In this document: piece by piece, positions 9,815 to 18,555 of the stretch
Numbering within the stretch: position 1 is the stretch's first letter
Layout: each line of letters opens with the position of its first letter
From: a virus
Virus record (IMG/VR): IMGVR_UViG_3300017759_002599
Location: 7,303-71,302 of that record
DNA: 64,000 nucleotides
Strand: one strand, 5' to 3'
Position numbers and translations under genes: made by a program
The notes under the pieces: model-generated
What the model saw: only the letters and a program-made list of their open reading frames with translations
Databases searched by the model: none
Told to the model about the DNA's origin: nothing

Positions 9815-10046
9815 GGTTATCCTCTCCCATAATCATTTCAATTCCTTTGAACTGCCATACTTCAAACCACATTGATTTGCAATCAGCACAGGCCACGTCG
9901 ATTGACCCACTCATGAAATCGCTACGGTATCGTAACTGGTCACTTCCGCAAGAGGGACAGTGTACAATCTCCTCTTGCTCTTGTTGTGAAAGTATCAACT
10001 CACACAATTCTTTCTTCGTCTTTCTCATCAATTTTTTCTCGTCCAT
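9795..10046 (-). CDS. Small Zn-ribbon protein
   Basis: CPSC...CADC. Confidence 0.6.
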   Translation of the reverse strand: MDEKKLMRKTKKELCELILSQQEQEEIVHCPSCGSDQLRYRSDFMSGSIDVACADCKSMWFEVWQFKGIEMIMGEDNRVDSNE

Positions 10047-10126
10047 ATTATCACGCCTCAAAGTATTCAATGTAGATGAATTCATCTTCTTCGATTTTGA
10101 TTTTGATGTTGTGCTCGTTCATGTCT

Positions 10127-10594
10127 TTACTCATTGTCATCTCTCCCTCTTTCCAGTTCACGAATTACACTTTCATACAACAGAATTTTTCTTGATATTT
10201 TGTCAGTGAAAATATCGAGTCCAATCTTTGGTCGCATTGCACCCATGGTTTCCAATGTGTTACCGTGGTTCTTGTACGGAAGCAAGTGGGAAAGCACAAT
10301 GAAACCTACACCACCAGTGCGGTCACGTCCATGTACACAGTGTAGCAATACGTGCTTACCCTCGGCAATTAAGTCGAGCACCAACTCCGAAGCGTGTTGC
10401 CAAATGAACGGGTCGTTGTTGTGTGCTCGGAAGTAGTAGTGATGTCGCTCTTGCTTGTCACTGTCAATGAATCGTGGTGGGAATCGGCACAAGGTCACAA
10501 CCGTGTGTATCGGCTTGAGTGTATCTCGAAAATCCTCAAGGTCACACATGGTTAGTGACGAGCCATTCGCAAATGTGATTGGTGTATTCTTCAT
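10127..10594 (-). CDS. Dual-specificity/protein-tyrosine phosphatase family protein
   Basis: CX5R loop VLLHCVHGRDRTG. Confidence 0.88.
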   Translation of the reverse strand: MKNTPITFANGSSLTMCDLEDFRDTLKPIHTVVTLCRFPPRFIDSDKQERHHYYFRAHNNDPFIWQHASELVLDLIAEGKHVLLHCVHGRDRTGGVGFIVLSHLLPYKNHGNTLETMGAMRPKIGLDIFTDKISRKILLYESVIRELERGRDDNE

Positions 10595-10962
10595 GCTTTC
10601 ACCTCAAATCCTTGTTGTATCTCTTTGGCAGTCATGTCGTGATGCCACAGTTCTTGCATGTCAATTTGACCTTCCATCTCTATACCGCAATCTTTGCACC
10701 TCCACACCATGTCAATCGTACCATAACCATAGTGGTCGTTCATGGACACGATTTCAATGCAGGGGTGAATACATTCAATGCGCTCACTCGCTGTATTAAG
10801 ACAGGCTTCCATGCTTTTAATCGTGTACTCGAAATCTTTTGTTAATTCACTATCGGTTAAGACCTCGCTCTTTTTCAAATCAATTGCTGTATCGTACAAG
10901 ACTCGCAATTGCGTACGCATCGTTTCTATTTTCTTTCGTTGTTCTTCTGTATTCATATTCAT
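10591..10962 (-). CDS. Hypothetical protein with C-terminal Zn site
   Basis: CIH...CKDC; GAGGAGG RBS. Confidence 0.6.
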   Translation of the reverse strand: MNMNTEEQRKKIETMRTQLRVLYDTAIDLKKSEVLTDSELTKDFEYTIKSMEACLNTASERIECIHPCIEIVSMNDHYGYGTIDMVWRCKDCGIEMEGQIDMQELWHHDMTAKEIQQGFEVKA

Positions 10963-11129
10963 TCCTCCTCTCGTAGTGCAAAGCAATGTGAGCAAGCCAT
11001 CGTGCCGTCCACATCATACTCCTCAACGCTATCGACAATCTTGCCACACACGTCGCATTCGTACGATGCATTCGCTCGGTCTTCCCACAACTGTGCGTCC
11101 ATTCTTTCATACCAGTCGTGCATGTTCAT
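10959..11129 (-). CDS. Small Zn-finger protein (not in ORF track)
   Basis: MNMHDWYERMDAQLWEDRANASYECDVCGK...ACSHCFALREEE; RBS and coupled start/stop. Confidence 0.65.
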   Translation of the reverse strand: MNMHDWYERMDAQLWEDRANASYECDVCGKIVDSVEEYDVDGTMACSHCFALREEE

Positions 11130-11428
11130 TCCTCCTCCCGTAGTACATCGAATGGGTCTTCAATCTCGGTTTCGGAAAGTGTGAATACAGTCCTACGCAT
11201 TACACCACAATTCACACAGATTTCCAAGTCTTTCACAATCTCATGACCATCGTACCGAAGACCTACATGACCGTCTTCCCACGGTATGTACGCCCAGTCA
11301 TGATTACCTGCTTCACAAATACGTGTATTGTAGCCTTGCTTCTCAAACTCTTCAAGCAGTGCCAGTCGTCGTTGCAGTGCTTGCATCTCTTGCCTTAACT
11401 TGAATTTTGCATTGTCTATTGCTTTCAT
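11126..11428 (-). CDS. Hypothetical protein
   Basis: First gene after a promoter repeat; C..H...CVNC. Confidence 0.65.
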   Translation of the reverse strand: MKAIDNAKFKLRQEMQALQRRLALLEEFEKQGYNTRICEAGNHDWAYIPWEDGHVGLRYDGHEIVKDLEICVNCGVMRRTVFTLSETEIEDPFDVLREEE

Positions 11429-11443
11429 TTTATCACCCTCTTT

Positions 11444-11463
11444 CTCTTTGCCAGTTTATAAAT
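11444..11463 (-). promoter_or_regulatory. Early promoter repeat copy
   Basis: ctctttgccagtttataaat. Confidence 0.75.
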
Positions 11464-11480
11464 CAACAGTGAAAGTATGC

Positions 11481-11690
11481 TCACTCCTTCGCCTCCCACA
11501 ATGTTTCATATTCTCGGTCATAAGTCGAGCATTCGTCATACTCTGTTCTCACTCTTTCAATTAAGGTAACTTTGTCACCATCAAATGAATAGTCAATGTA
11601 GTCTTTCCATTGTCGCCAATCCTTTCCTTCAAGTATATGTAAGTCTGAACTTTCAAAATGAATCCAGTATTCAGTAGCCCACTTAGTCAC
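11481..11690 (-). CDS. Hypothetical protein
   Basis: GTG start coupled to the upstream stop, GGAGGTGA RBS. Confidence 0.55.
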   Translation of the reverse strand: MTKWATEYWIHFESSDLHILEGKDWRQWKDYIDYSFDGDKVTLIERVRTEYDECSTYDREYETLWEAKE

Positions 11691-11872
11691 GCCGTCACCT
11701 CCTCGCATTCACACATGTGTAAATCCTCTTCGCAATCGAAACAAATACCACGCTCCCATGCACATTCATCATCGCAAAAGTCATCAGGGTCGTCACTACG
11801 AATACCATGATTAGTGTGGAACACCGTGTGGTCTAACGGCTTGGAGCAATGAGGACAGCAATCAGATGTCAC
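11687..11872 (-). CDS. Small Cys-rich protein
   Basis: GTG start; CCPHC, CDDEC, CFDC, CEC. Confidence 0.55.
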   Translation of the reverse strand: MTSDCCPHCSKPLDHTVFHTNHGIRSDDPDDFCDDECAWERGICFDCEEDLHMCECEEVTA

Positions 11873-12414
11873 GCTGTCACCTCCACGCCTCGCCACCAAT
11901 CGGGAGCAGGTGTACCCTTCTCCCACTTAGCGAACTGCTTGCTGTGGTAGTAGCGACGGTATGCTTCGATAGCAAACTTGGGATAAGCATGGTATACAAT
12001 CTCACCATCGACAGGTTCAGGTCTGTACTCATCGGGCATAGCCAATGCAAACTGTGTTAGCCCGTCATCAGGGATGACATGTTGAAGTTCCATCATCCGT
12101 AGGATGGGTTGATTGCAAGCGTGTTCTTTACCGAAGCGTTGACTGTACTCGTTACACAATGTAACAGCATGTACTCCGAGCCACAAGAAGTTGGTACGAG
12201 TTTCACCTGCCCATACTGTACATGGATGGTGAGCGTAGCCACCCTTGTAGGGTGTACCCTTCTTAGTGAGTGGCATTTGTTCATCAGTCGCACCATGCCT
12301 ACGCAGGGCTGATGCCATCATCTGTGCCGCTTCCACGCACATCTTTGGTACGTGTTTGTCGCAGTGCATTTCAGCCGCAGTGATTGGGTTTGTGTCTAAT
12401 ACGAATATGTTCAT
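11869..12414 (-). CDS. Pyrimidine-dimer DNA glycosylase-like protein (T4 endonuclease V superfamily)
   Basis: MNIFVLD..P..AA..HCDKHV.KM..E.AQM, HHPCTVWA, EY..RFGKEH, FALAMPDEY, AYRRYY. Confidence 0.85.
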   Translation of the reverse strand: MNIFVLDTNPITAAEMHCDKHVPKMCVEAAQMMASALRRHGATDEQMPLTKKGTPYKGGYAHHPCTVWAGETRTNFLWLGVHAVTLCNEYSQRFGKEHACNQPILRMMELQHVIPDDGLTQFALAMPDEYRPEPVDGEIVYHAYPKFAIEAYRRYYHSKQFAKWEKGTPAPDWWRGVEVTA

Positions 12415-12417
12415 TCT

Positions 12418-12750
12418 TCATTCCTCCTCTTGTGTAAATTCAGGAAAGTGATGTGCGATGATGTCCTTTGCGACAGCCACCATATTTTTGTCGGGGGTGA
12501 AAGATGCGTACAGGTATTCGGAATCCCACGCATTCAATCGAGCACACAACTGAAGTATGTTTTTGACTTCCGTTTTGCTGTTGAGTACATCCCACTCATC
12601 TGCTTCAAAACATTCACGCTTCATCCATGCCGTAAGGTTGCGAGCACAGTCATCGAGTGACCACACAATAATGGGCATAGGTACTTTCATCATGATTGTA
12701 CCGTTTGTTCGTTCGCAAGGTTTCCATTGACTACCGTAACTTGTACCCAT
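12418..12750 (-). CDS. Hypothetical protein
   Basis: ORF in an operon. Confidence 0.6.
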   Translation of the reverse strand: MGTSYGSQWKPCERTNGTIMMKVPMPIIVWSLDDCARNLTAWMKRECFEADEWDVLNSKTEVKNILQLCARLNAWDSEYLYASFTPDKNMVAVAKDIIAHHFPEFTQEEE

Positions 12751-12752
12751 GA

Positions 12753-13232
12753 TTAGTCCACCCTGTAAATGAAGTACGTGACATTCTTGCCTTCTTCGTT
12801 TGAGAAGGACACATAGTTTTCTTCGTGGTCGTATTGTGCGAGGAAGTGTCCTCGACCATCACATCGTATAGCGTCTTCAACAAACCAGTCGAAGTCCTTA
12901 ATCATCGCAGTAAGTAATTCGTTAGGAGAATCAAGTTGGGTATTTTGAATTTGTTTGATTGTGTTACTGTCCACACCAGTGTGTGCTTGGAGGAAGGATG
13001 GGGTGAACGCCCACACCGTTTCCTCGATGTACTCACGCACTGCATCATCCGCTTCCTCATCGGTGTAGACAAGATAACCGTTGTCGATGTAACCGTCCAC
13101 ATCTTCAAAGTCAAAGTTGTAGTCACTAAGATGCATTGCTAGTGCAATAACACGCTCACGGTCATTACCTACGTCTTCAAATGCCTTCTCCCATAATTCG
13201 TTCTTCATTCCTTCAATTGTTTTTGCTTTCAT
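12753..13232 (-). CDS. Hypothetical acidic phage-type protein
   Basis: YLVYTDEEAD...DGRGHFLAQYD; GAGGTGA RBS. Confidence 0.7.
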   Translation of the reverse strand: MKAKTIEGMKNELWEKAFEDVGNDRERVIALAMHLSDYNFDFEDVDGYIDNGYLVYTDEEADDAVREYIEETVWAFTPSFLQAHTGVDSNTIKQIQNTQLDSPNELLTAMIKDFDWFVEDAIRCDGRGHFLAQYDHEENYVSFSNEEGKNVTYFIYRVD

Positions 13233-13387
13233 TTTTGTTCACCTCTTGTGTATTGTGAACCCGCAGTGTTACACGGATAACCACATGGAGAGTATGTATA
13301 TTCAGCATCCAAGAATCCTTTGCTACATTGATGCTTGCACTTAGGGCATTCGTATGTCGTGCTTTTTGGTTCGTCTGTGTCAATCAT
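13229..13387 (-). CDS. Small Zn-finger protein of the MIDTD family (not in ORF track)
   Basis: MIDTDEPKSTTYECPKCKHQC...; coupled at both ends. Confidence 0.55.
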   Translation of the reverse strand: MIDTDEPKSTTYECPKCKHQCSKGFLDAEYTYSPCGYPCNTAGSQYTRGEQK

Positions 13388-13590
13388 TCATTCACCTCAT
13401 TCATTAACAGGTTCAACCATTCGTTCACAATACCCATGCCCTTGAGTAACTCTTGCTTACAGGCCGACAACCAAAGATGGTCATCCAATTCGTGTATGTT
13501 GTAGAAGGACAGGATGTTGTCGGTTAGACGATTAGCCTGTGCCTTGAGGTCGATTGCTCCCACTCGTATTTCTTCTATGCTTTCGCTCAT
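13384..13590 (-). CDS. Hypothetical protein
   Basis: First gene after a promoter repeat. Confidence 0.6.
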   Translation of the reverse strand: MSESIEEIRVGAIDLKAQANRLTDNILSFYNIHELDDHLWLSACKQELLKGMGIVNEWLNLLMNEVNE

Positions 13591-13620
13591 ACTTTCACTT
13601 CCAATGTTTTCACCTTCTTT

Positions 13621-13640
13621 CTCTTTGCCGATTTATAAAT
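13621..13640 (-). promoter_or_regulatory. Early promoter repeat copy (extended-leader type)
   Basis: 13588-13639 is almost identical to 14192-14243. Confidence 0.8.
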
Positions 13641-14194
13641 CAGGAATTGAGATTCTCGGACAACGACTGTGCTAAGTTGTCACAACTGTTAGAGAGTTCC
13701 CAAAGACTCGTTTTGATAATGTTCATCATTGAACGAATCTCTTGTTCTTCACCCCACAATTCAGGCTCATCTGTAAAGGATTCATCCATCTGTGATACGG
13801 AGTCACGATAAGTTGTAACGTCTGTGAGTATTTTCGCAAGTGTTTGAATTTGTGATGTAAGAGATACTTCCGTGAACATTACAGCATCAATAACTTCGTC
13901 GTCGTTACGCAACGAGTAAATCACAAGGCCACCATCTTTACTCTTACGAAGATGGTGTGAAGCATGGTGTACCCATCTTTGTGTTGTGGATAAAGAAGTA
14001 CTGTACATGGATTGAACGTTGCTAACCAAATCTCGTCGGTATATCCATTGTACACCATCACTGTCGGTAAATACATCATCATATTGACCGTTCACAATTG
14101 CGTTTTTTACTTTCTCAATTACACTCGCTTTCGATTTAGATATGTTTTCTTTCCAAGTAGGGCGTAACAGATTTACATATTTATTGTCATACAT
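13640..14194 (-). CDS. Hypothetical protein
   Basis: Single gene between two promoter repeats. Confidence 0.7.
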   Translation of the reverse strand: MYDNKYVNLLRPTWKENISKSKASVIEKVKNAIVNGQYDDVFTDSDGVQWIYRRDLVSNVQSMYSTSLSTTQRWVHHASHHLRKSKDGGLVIYSLRNDDEVIDAVMFTEVSLTSQIQTLAKILTDVTTYRDSVSQMDESFTDEPELWGEEQEIRSMMNIIKTSLWELSNSCDNLAQSLSENLNS

Positions 14195-14224
14195 ACTTTC
14201 ACTTCCAATGTTTCCACCTTCTTT

Positions 14225-14244
14225 CTCTTTGCCGATTTATAAAG
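14225..14244 (-). promoter_or_regulatory. Early promoter repeat copy (extended-leader type)
   Basis: ctctttgccgatttataaag. Confidence 0.8.
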
Positions 14245-14258
14245 CAAAGATTACTGAA

Positions 14259-14882
14259 TCAAGCCACTCGTCGTGCAAGGTCTTGCACTCGTTGTTGCAT
14301 GATGTTGCGAGTCTGTGCATCACGGAGGTACTGCAATGCTTGTTCCATTGGTTCGATACCTCCATGTGCATCGAGTGAACGTCCAATGTCTTGTTCACCC
14401 ATCCCCTGAAACACAGGGTTACGTTCTCGAAGCGAGTCGAGTTCACCTACATTCGTGGTGAATCTATCTCCCTTCGGTGCGCCCATTGCTCGGAACGCAC
14501 CCGCCCCTCCTACATCGACGTAGGAGAGAGAGCCGTCAGGTTGGCGTAGTACATTGTCACCAGTCATACCAAGCACATCCCAGTTGGCTGTTAATGCGTG
14601 GGGTACGAAGTCACGCTGTAGTTGTCGTACGTCTTCTTGAGTTGGTCTTGTACCAACCTCTTGTGAATCGGATATGAAGTCGGCAAGCATGGTCGGCCTT
14701 CCCCTGTGTGTAATCATCTCGGCTTGAGGTACATTCACACCTAAAGCATTCAAGTATCGGTTCATGTCGAACTCGTTCTGAATGTGTGCAGGGTGCGCTC
14801 CTTGCTTGCCTACTCGTGGCCCTTGCTCGGTGTCGTACAAGGTTGCACCAGTCGAGCCTCCTAAGAATCGGACTGGTCGCAT
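14259..14882 (-). CDS. HipA/PI3-4-kinase-like protein
   Basis: LGGSTGA Gly loop, VGK, QNE, NWDVLG..GDNV catalytic loop, VDVGG. Confidence 0.7.
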   Translation of the reverse strand: MRPVRFLGGSTGATLYDTEQGPRVGKQGAHPAHIQNEFDMNRYLNALGVNVPQAEMITHRGRPTMLADFISDSQEVGTRPTQEDVRQLQRDFVPHALTANWDVLGMTGDNVLRQPDGSLSYVDVGGAGAFRAMGAPKGDRFTTNVGELDSLRERNPVFQGMGEQDIGRSLDAHGGIEPMEQALQYLRDAQTRNIMQQRVQDLARRVA

Positions 14883-14942
14883 GATTAATCCATGTATTCA
14901 TCGTACATAAATTCAGATGGGGAAGGGCTTCATTGTGAAAAC

Positions 14943-15087
14943 ACAACAACTATCTCCGAGGTCAAACCTTTTGCCCTTATTATTGGATAAACCCATGTGA
15001 ATGTGATGAGGAAACTGCTTCATGGTGTTACAAGCCACTATCTCCGTGAGCAAATTTTGCAGTTATTACTGGATAAACCTCGTGAAT
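14943..15087. repeat. Two imperfect direct repeats of about 60 bp in an intergenic gap
   Basis: actatctccg..caaa..ttttgc..ttatta(t/c)tggataaacc..gtgaat at 14943-15002 and 15030-15087. Confidence 0.65.
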
Positions 15088-15318
15088 CTATTCAAGTGGA
15101 TGCTGTACGTTTAAGTCGCCCAGTACCCATCGCAATGCCTTGACCACGCCTTCCAGTGCCTTGTAGTTTCTCATGTGATACATGCGCTCATCCTTTGGGC
15201 ATGATTGCATGGCTGTGATGTGACTGTTCTGTTTGCGCTCGGCTTTATCGAGCATCTCTTCAATCTCCACCCACGTTCTTTCATAGGTAAAGTGTTCACT
15301 GTCTTGATGGTCGTTCAT
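15088..15318 (-). CDS. Hypothetical protein
   Basis: 76 aa, RTW.EIE.ML...RNYKALEGVVKALRWVLGD. Confidence 0.7.
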   Translation of the reverse strand: MNDHQDSEHFTYERTWVEIEEMLDKAERKQNSHITAMQSCPKDERMYHMRNYKALEGVVKALRWVLGDLNVQHPLE

Positions 15319-15728
15319 TCAATCAACTCCTTGAGTGCTTTCCTCAAATCACCCAGTTTAACGAGAGGGTGAATAATCGGCTTCGTGTCTGTTGGAATCA
15401 ATGCATTCACGATACCTTGACGCAACCGCTTGACTTCTGTGAGCAGTTGTGCTATCTTTCTGTAAAAAATATCGGGGTGTCCATCGTTCTCTTCAATGAG
15501 TCCAGCATCTTGAACTACCTTCTTTGCATCTTCGTATTTTGGTATCTCGTATTCTTCATCTCCTTCGGGCAACAAACCTAATTCGCACTCTTCGCACAAA
15601 CCGTATTTGTTCATATCAATCAACGGGTAAGCGTGGGAACACCCTAAGCAATAGCCCATGAGTATTCCTTTCTTTACTCCCTCGATGTAGTCTTCGTGGT
15701 GTCCTTCGTATTTGTCTGTGTCAATCAT
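15315..15728 (-). CDS. MIDTDKYEGH...EVKRLR family protein
   Basis: Shares N- and C-terminal blocks with its neighbour; central CLGC..CEEC. Confidence 0.7.
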   Translation of the reverse strand: MIDTDKYEGHHEDYIEGVKKGILMGYCLGCSHAYPLIDMNKYGLCEECELGLLPEGDEEYEIPKYEDAKKVVQDAGLIEENDGHPDIFYRKIAQLLTEVKRLRQGIVNALIPTDTKPIIHPLVKLGDLRKALKELIE

Positions 15729-16045
15729 TCACTCGCCTCCCATTCATTTACGATTTCATCATAGTGTTCAATCATCCACTGCATGAAAGCAACATGCCTT
15801 CCACGCAACCGCTTGACTTCCTCAAGGAGAAGTGGTGCGTCTGCGATGAGTTGTGCGTCAGCCTCAGACAATGTGTTCTTGCGTACACCGACTATACATT
15901 TATCGAGGCGTGTAACATTGATGGATTGAGACTTGTGCTTGTGTGTAGGAAGAAGAACCTCCCATCCAAAACCGTGTGTGTCTGTCCCATCGAATGCGTA
16001 CCATTCGCCTTCTGTGTGTCCTTCGTATTTGTCTGTGTCAATCAT
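15725..16045 (-). CDS. MIDTDKYEGH...EVKRLR family protein
   Basis: HTEGEW...ADAQLIADAPLLLEEVKRLR, a pattern common in phage early proteins. Confidence 0.75.
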   Translation of the reverse strand: MIDTDKYEGHTEGEWYAFDGTDTHGFGWEVLLPTHKHKSQSINVTRLDKCIVGVRKNTLSEADAQLIADAPLLLEEVKRLRGRHVAFMQWMIEHYDEIVNEWEASE

Positions 16046-16263
16046 CCATTCATCTCCAAAAAATTATCCAAATCTGTTGCATGAAGCCCTTCGCCTCTAT
16101 CCCTTATCAAATCAGCAGTAAACTGTATTTGTCGCTTACAATCCTCAAGTTGCTTACGCAACCGCTTGACTTCTGTTTCCATGTCAAACTCTTTCTCCAA
16201 TAGTTCAACATAATCAATTCGCAGTTGATTGTATTTTTCCGATAGTGTGTCACAACAAATCAT
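16042..16263 (-). CDS. Small coiled-coil protein with EVKRLR block
   Basis: GAGGTGA RBS; shared DNA block. Confidence 0.6.
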   Translation of the reverse strand: MICCDTLSEKYNQLRIDYVELLEKEFDMETEVKRLRKQLEDCKRQIQFTADLIRDRGEGLHATDLDNFLEMNG

Positions 16264-16300
16264 TCGTTCACCTCACCCTTTACGCATTTTGCTTTCATGT

Positions 16301-16903
16301 TTATTCCTCGCTCGTTTCAACGCCTTGTGTTGGTCGCTTACCTTCACACTGAATGTACGCATTGTTTTGTTCAACGAAGTCAATCAATTCGTTGCACAAT
16401 TGGAAATGCATGTTGAGTCGCCATTGATTTGTGAAGTTGAACTTGAAGATGTTGTCAATACCCTCAATCATGTCAGCATCGTTTGAACCTAGGATGACGA
16501 GTTGATAACCGTCATCGTATTTCTCAACCGTCACGTTGCGTACGTAGGCCACCGAATCTGTGGCAAAGGATTGGAACTTGGGCTTGAGTGAAGCAAGGTA
16601 CATCCCTACGTCGTGTGGCATTTGATACTTGGCCGCAAATCCGTAGTCACGGTTGATGGTGACTTCACCATAGCCTTGAAGGTGCATTTTACCTGTACCT
16701 CCATCGCACATGGTACGAATCTGTAAGGTCGGTCCGTCCACTTTTTTGTTCTTCTTGTATTCTTCGTCAATTATTTGCTTTGGTTGTTCGTTCATGTTTT
16801 TCACTTCCATGTTCATTGGTGCAAATAGTTTCGCAATGAAATCTATTGCATCGTCGTTCAATTCTTCTTCTGTTTTATCCTCATTGTTTTCGGTCATGTT
16901 CAT
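16301..16903 (-). CDS. Hypothetical protein
   Basis: 200 aa, GAGGAGG RBS. Confidence 0.7.
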   Translation of the reverse strand: MNMTENNEDKTEEELNDDAIDFIAKLFAPMNMEVKNMNEQPKQIIDEEYKKNKKVDGPTLQIRTMCDGGTGKMHLQGYGEVTINRDYGFAAKYQMPHDVGMYLASLKPKFQSFATDSVAYVRNVTVEKYDDGYQLVILGSNDADMIEGIDNIFKFNFTNQWRLNMHFQLCNELIDFVEQNNAYIQCEGKRPTQGVETSEE

Positions 16904-17151
16904 TCCTCCTCGTTCATGTAATCAGGTGTGTTCAACGGTATCAGTGTTGCTCGATTGGGTACGACATACGACGGTCCTGAATCCGATAGGTCGTTGAATA
17001 ACTCCCATCCACGAGTCGTCTTGCGTGCCATGTAGCCCACGTATCGCTCGTCACCGTTCTCAACGAAGGTCACTTGATACCAATGTGGGTTCACTCGTTG
17101 CATCTCATACCAATGCGTTGTGCTCAATACCAGTCTGTAATAATCATCCAT
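16900..17151 (-). CDS. Hypothetical protein
   Basis: Starts after a promoter repeat (ATG 17151 or 17160). Confidence 0.6.
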   Translation of the reverse strand: MDDYYRLVLSTTHWYEMQRVNPHWYQVTFVENGDERYVGYMARKTTRGWELFNDLSDSGPSYVVPNRATLIPLNTPDYMNEEE

Positions 17152-17167
17152 AGTTCTCATCTCCATT

Positions 17168-17187
17168 CTCTTTGCCGATTTATAAAG
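17168..17187 (-). promoter_or_regulatory. Early promoter repeat copy
   Basis: ctctttgccgatttataaag. Confidence 0.8.
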
Positions 17188-17212
17188 CAGTGATTGATGA
17201 TAGTCATCAGAC

Positions 17213-18520
17213 TCACGCATCAGCCTCCGCCTCTTCCTTCTCCACCTGCACGATGTTCACTGGAATCTTTGGTAGTTGGTCGAACATACCCATGTAGTTT
17301 GACTTAGCCGTAGGTGACTTGAGGAACTCAAGCAGTATCTCCTTTGGTGTGGGTAAGTCTTCAACAAACACTTCGGGCTTGAGCCACAAGTCGTAAGCGA
17401 CTGGTACTGCAATTGCCGACAAGGACTTGTCGGTTGCATTGAAGTCCTCATCAACCTCACGCCATACTGGATAGCATGTGGAGGGTGGAGTCATTTGCTC
17501 GGAGAGTATTGATGCATAGTCTTCCGCTTCTGCTTCTGTACCAAAGACATACGGTGTGTCTTGGAACAGGTCCTTGTATATCTTCGGGTACTCCCACCCT
17601 ACACCTGATGTGTAATGACCACTACCTCTTCCCACCACACCGCTTGCGATACGCACCTTGAAGTAATGCAGTAATTCCTTCGGCTTCCAGTGGTACGTAT
17701 TGACTTTGCATCCCCACCAGTCCTTCGTGTTCTTGATGCTGTACACCCAGTCGTTGATGGTGTCACCAATCTTACGGTTGAACGAGTCGCTCACAAGAAC
17801 CTCTTGGCGTACTTGTTCCAACCATTGCCATTGCGTCCACATGAATGTACGACCACGACCCGATGATGTTTGTACACATCGTCCGTTCTTGACCATGCGA
17901 TTGAAACCTTTGTTGATGCAACGTAGTAATTCTTTCTCACCATCCTTGTCCATGAGCACACGATTCATACCACGCTCCATGTGGTCCTCAAGTGGAGTGA
18001 GGTGGGAAGTGTTCTCCCAATTCTTGAAATGTAAATTGTTGCCTGACCATGAAGAAACAATCTTCGCACGATAGAGAGGTCGCAGTGAATGTGCATCACT
18101 CTCTTTCAATTCTTTCCATGTAGCACCGCTTTCAATCTCATCCCACAAGGTCTTCCTGATGTTCCATTCAGTGGAAGTCACCTTTGGGAATTCGCCATGC
18201 TCTTGAAAGTATTCAGTGTTGGTCTTGTCGGGTCGTGTGGTCTTGGCCTGTGCGAGCAGTCGTGTGTCGTACCAAAAGGCACGTCGTGTCTGTTCATTGA
18301 TGCACTCCTTCGCTGACACCTCACGGTCAGGACCGAAGGACATCAGTGTGTACGTCAGTGCCATGTCCATCGCACATGAGGATTCGCACATGTGTTTGGA
18401 TTTACCAATACCCAGTGTCGATACAACCTCATCATCCGTGAACTTGAGGCTCTTACCTACGAGTCCTTGTTGCTCCCATTCGTTTGCGCTTCTGTATGTG
18501 TTGTGGTTTGTTCTTGCCAT
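17213..18520 (-). CDS. Hypothetical protein (435 aa)
   Basis: Long ORF with its own promoter repeat; no recognised motif. Confidence 0.8.
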   Translation of the reverse strand: MARTNHNTYRSANEWEQQGLVGKSLKFTDDEVVSTLGIGKSKHMCESSCAMDMALTYTLMSFGPDREVSAKECINEQTRRAFWYDTRLLAQAKTTRPDKTNTEYFQEHGEFPKVTSTEWNIRKTLWDEIESGATWKELKESDAHSLRPLYRAKIVSSWSGNNLHFKNWENTSHLTPLEDHMERGMNRVLMDKDGEKELLRCINKGFNRMVKNGRCVQTSSGRGRTFMWTQWQWLEQVRQEVLVSDSFNRKIGDTINDWVYSIKNTKDWWGCKVNTYHWKPKELLHYFKVRIASGVVGRGSGHYTSGVGWEYPKIYKDLFQDTPYVFGTEAEAEDYASILSEQMTPPSTCYPVWREVDEDFNATDKSLSAIAVPVAYDLWLKPEVFVEDLPTPKEILLEFLKSPTAKSNYMGMFDQLPKIPVNIVQVEKEEAEADA

Positions 18521-18535
18521 ATTATCATCTCCTTT

Positions 18536-18555
18536 CTCTTTGCCAATTTATAAAT
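18536..18555 (-). promoter_or_regulatory. Early promoter repeat copy
   Basis: ctctttgccaatttataaat. Confidence 0.8.

Noticed and set aside
15315-16263. Diversity-generating retroelement behind the repeated blocks
   Set aside because: No reverse transcriptase in the window, and the repeats are short identical anchors rather than TR/VR pairs with adenine-specific mismatches.
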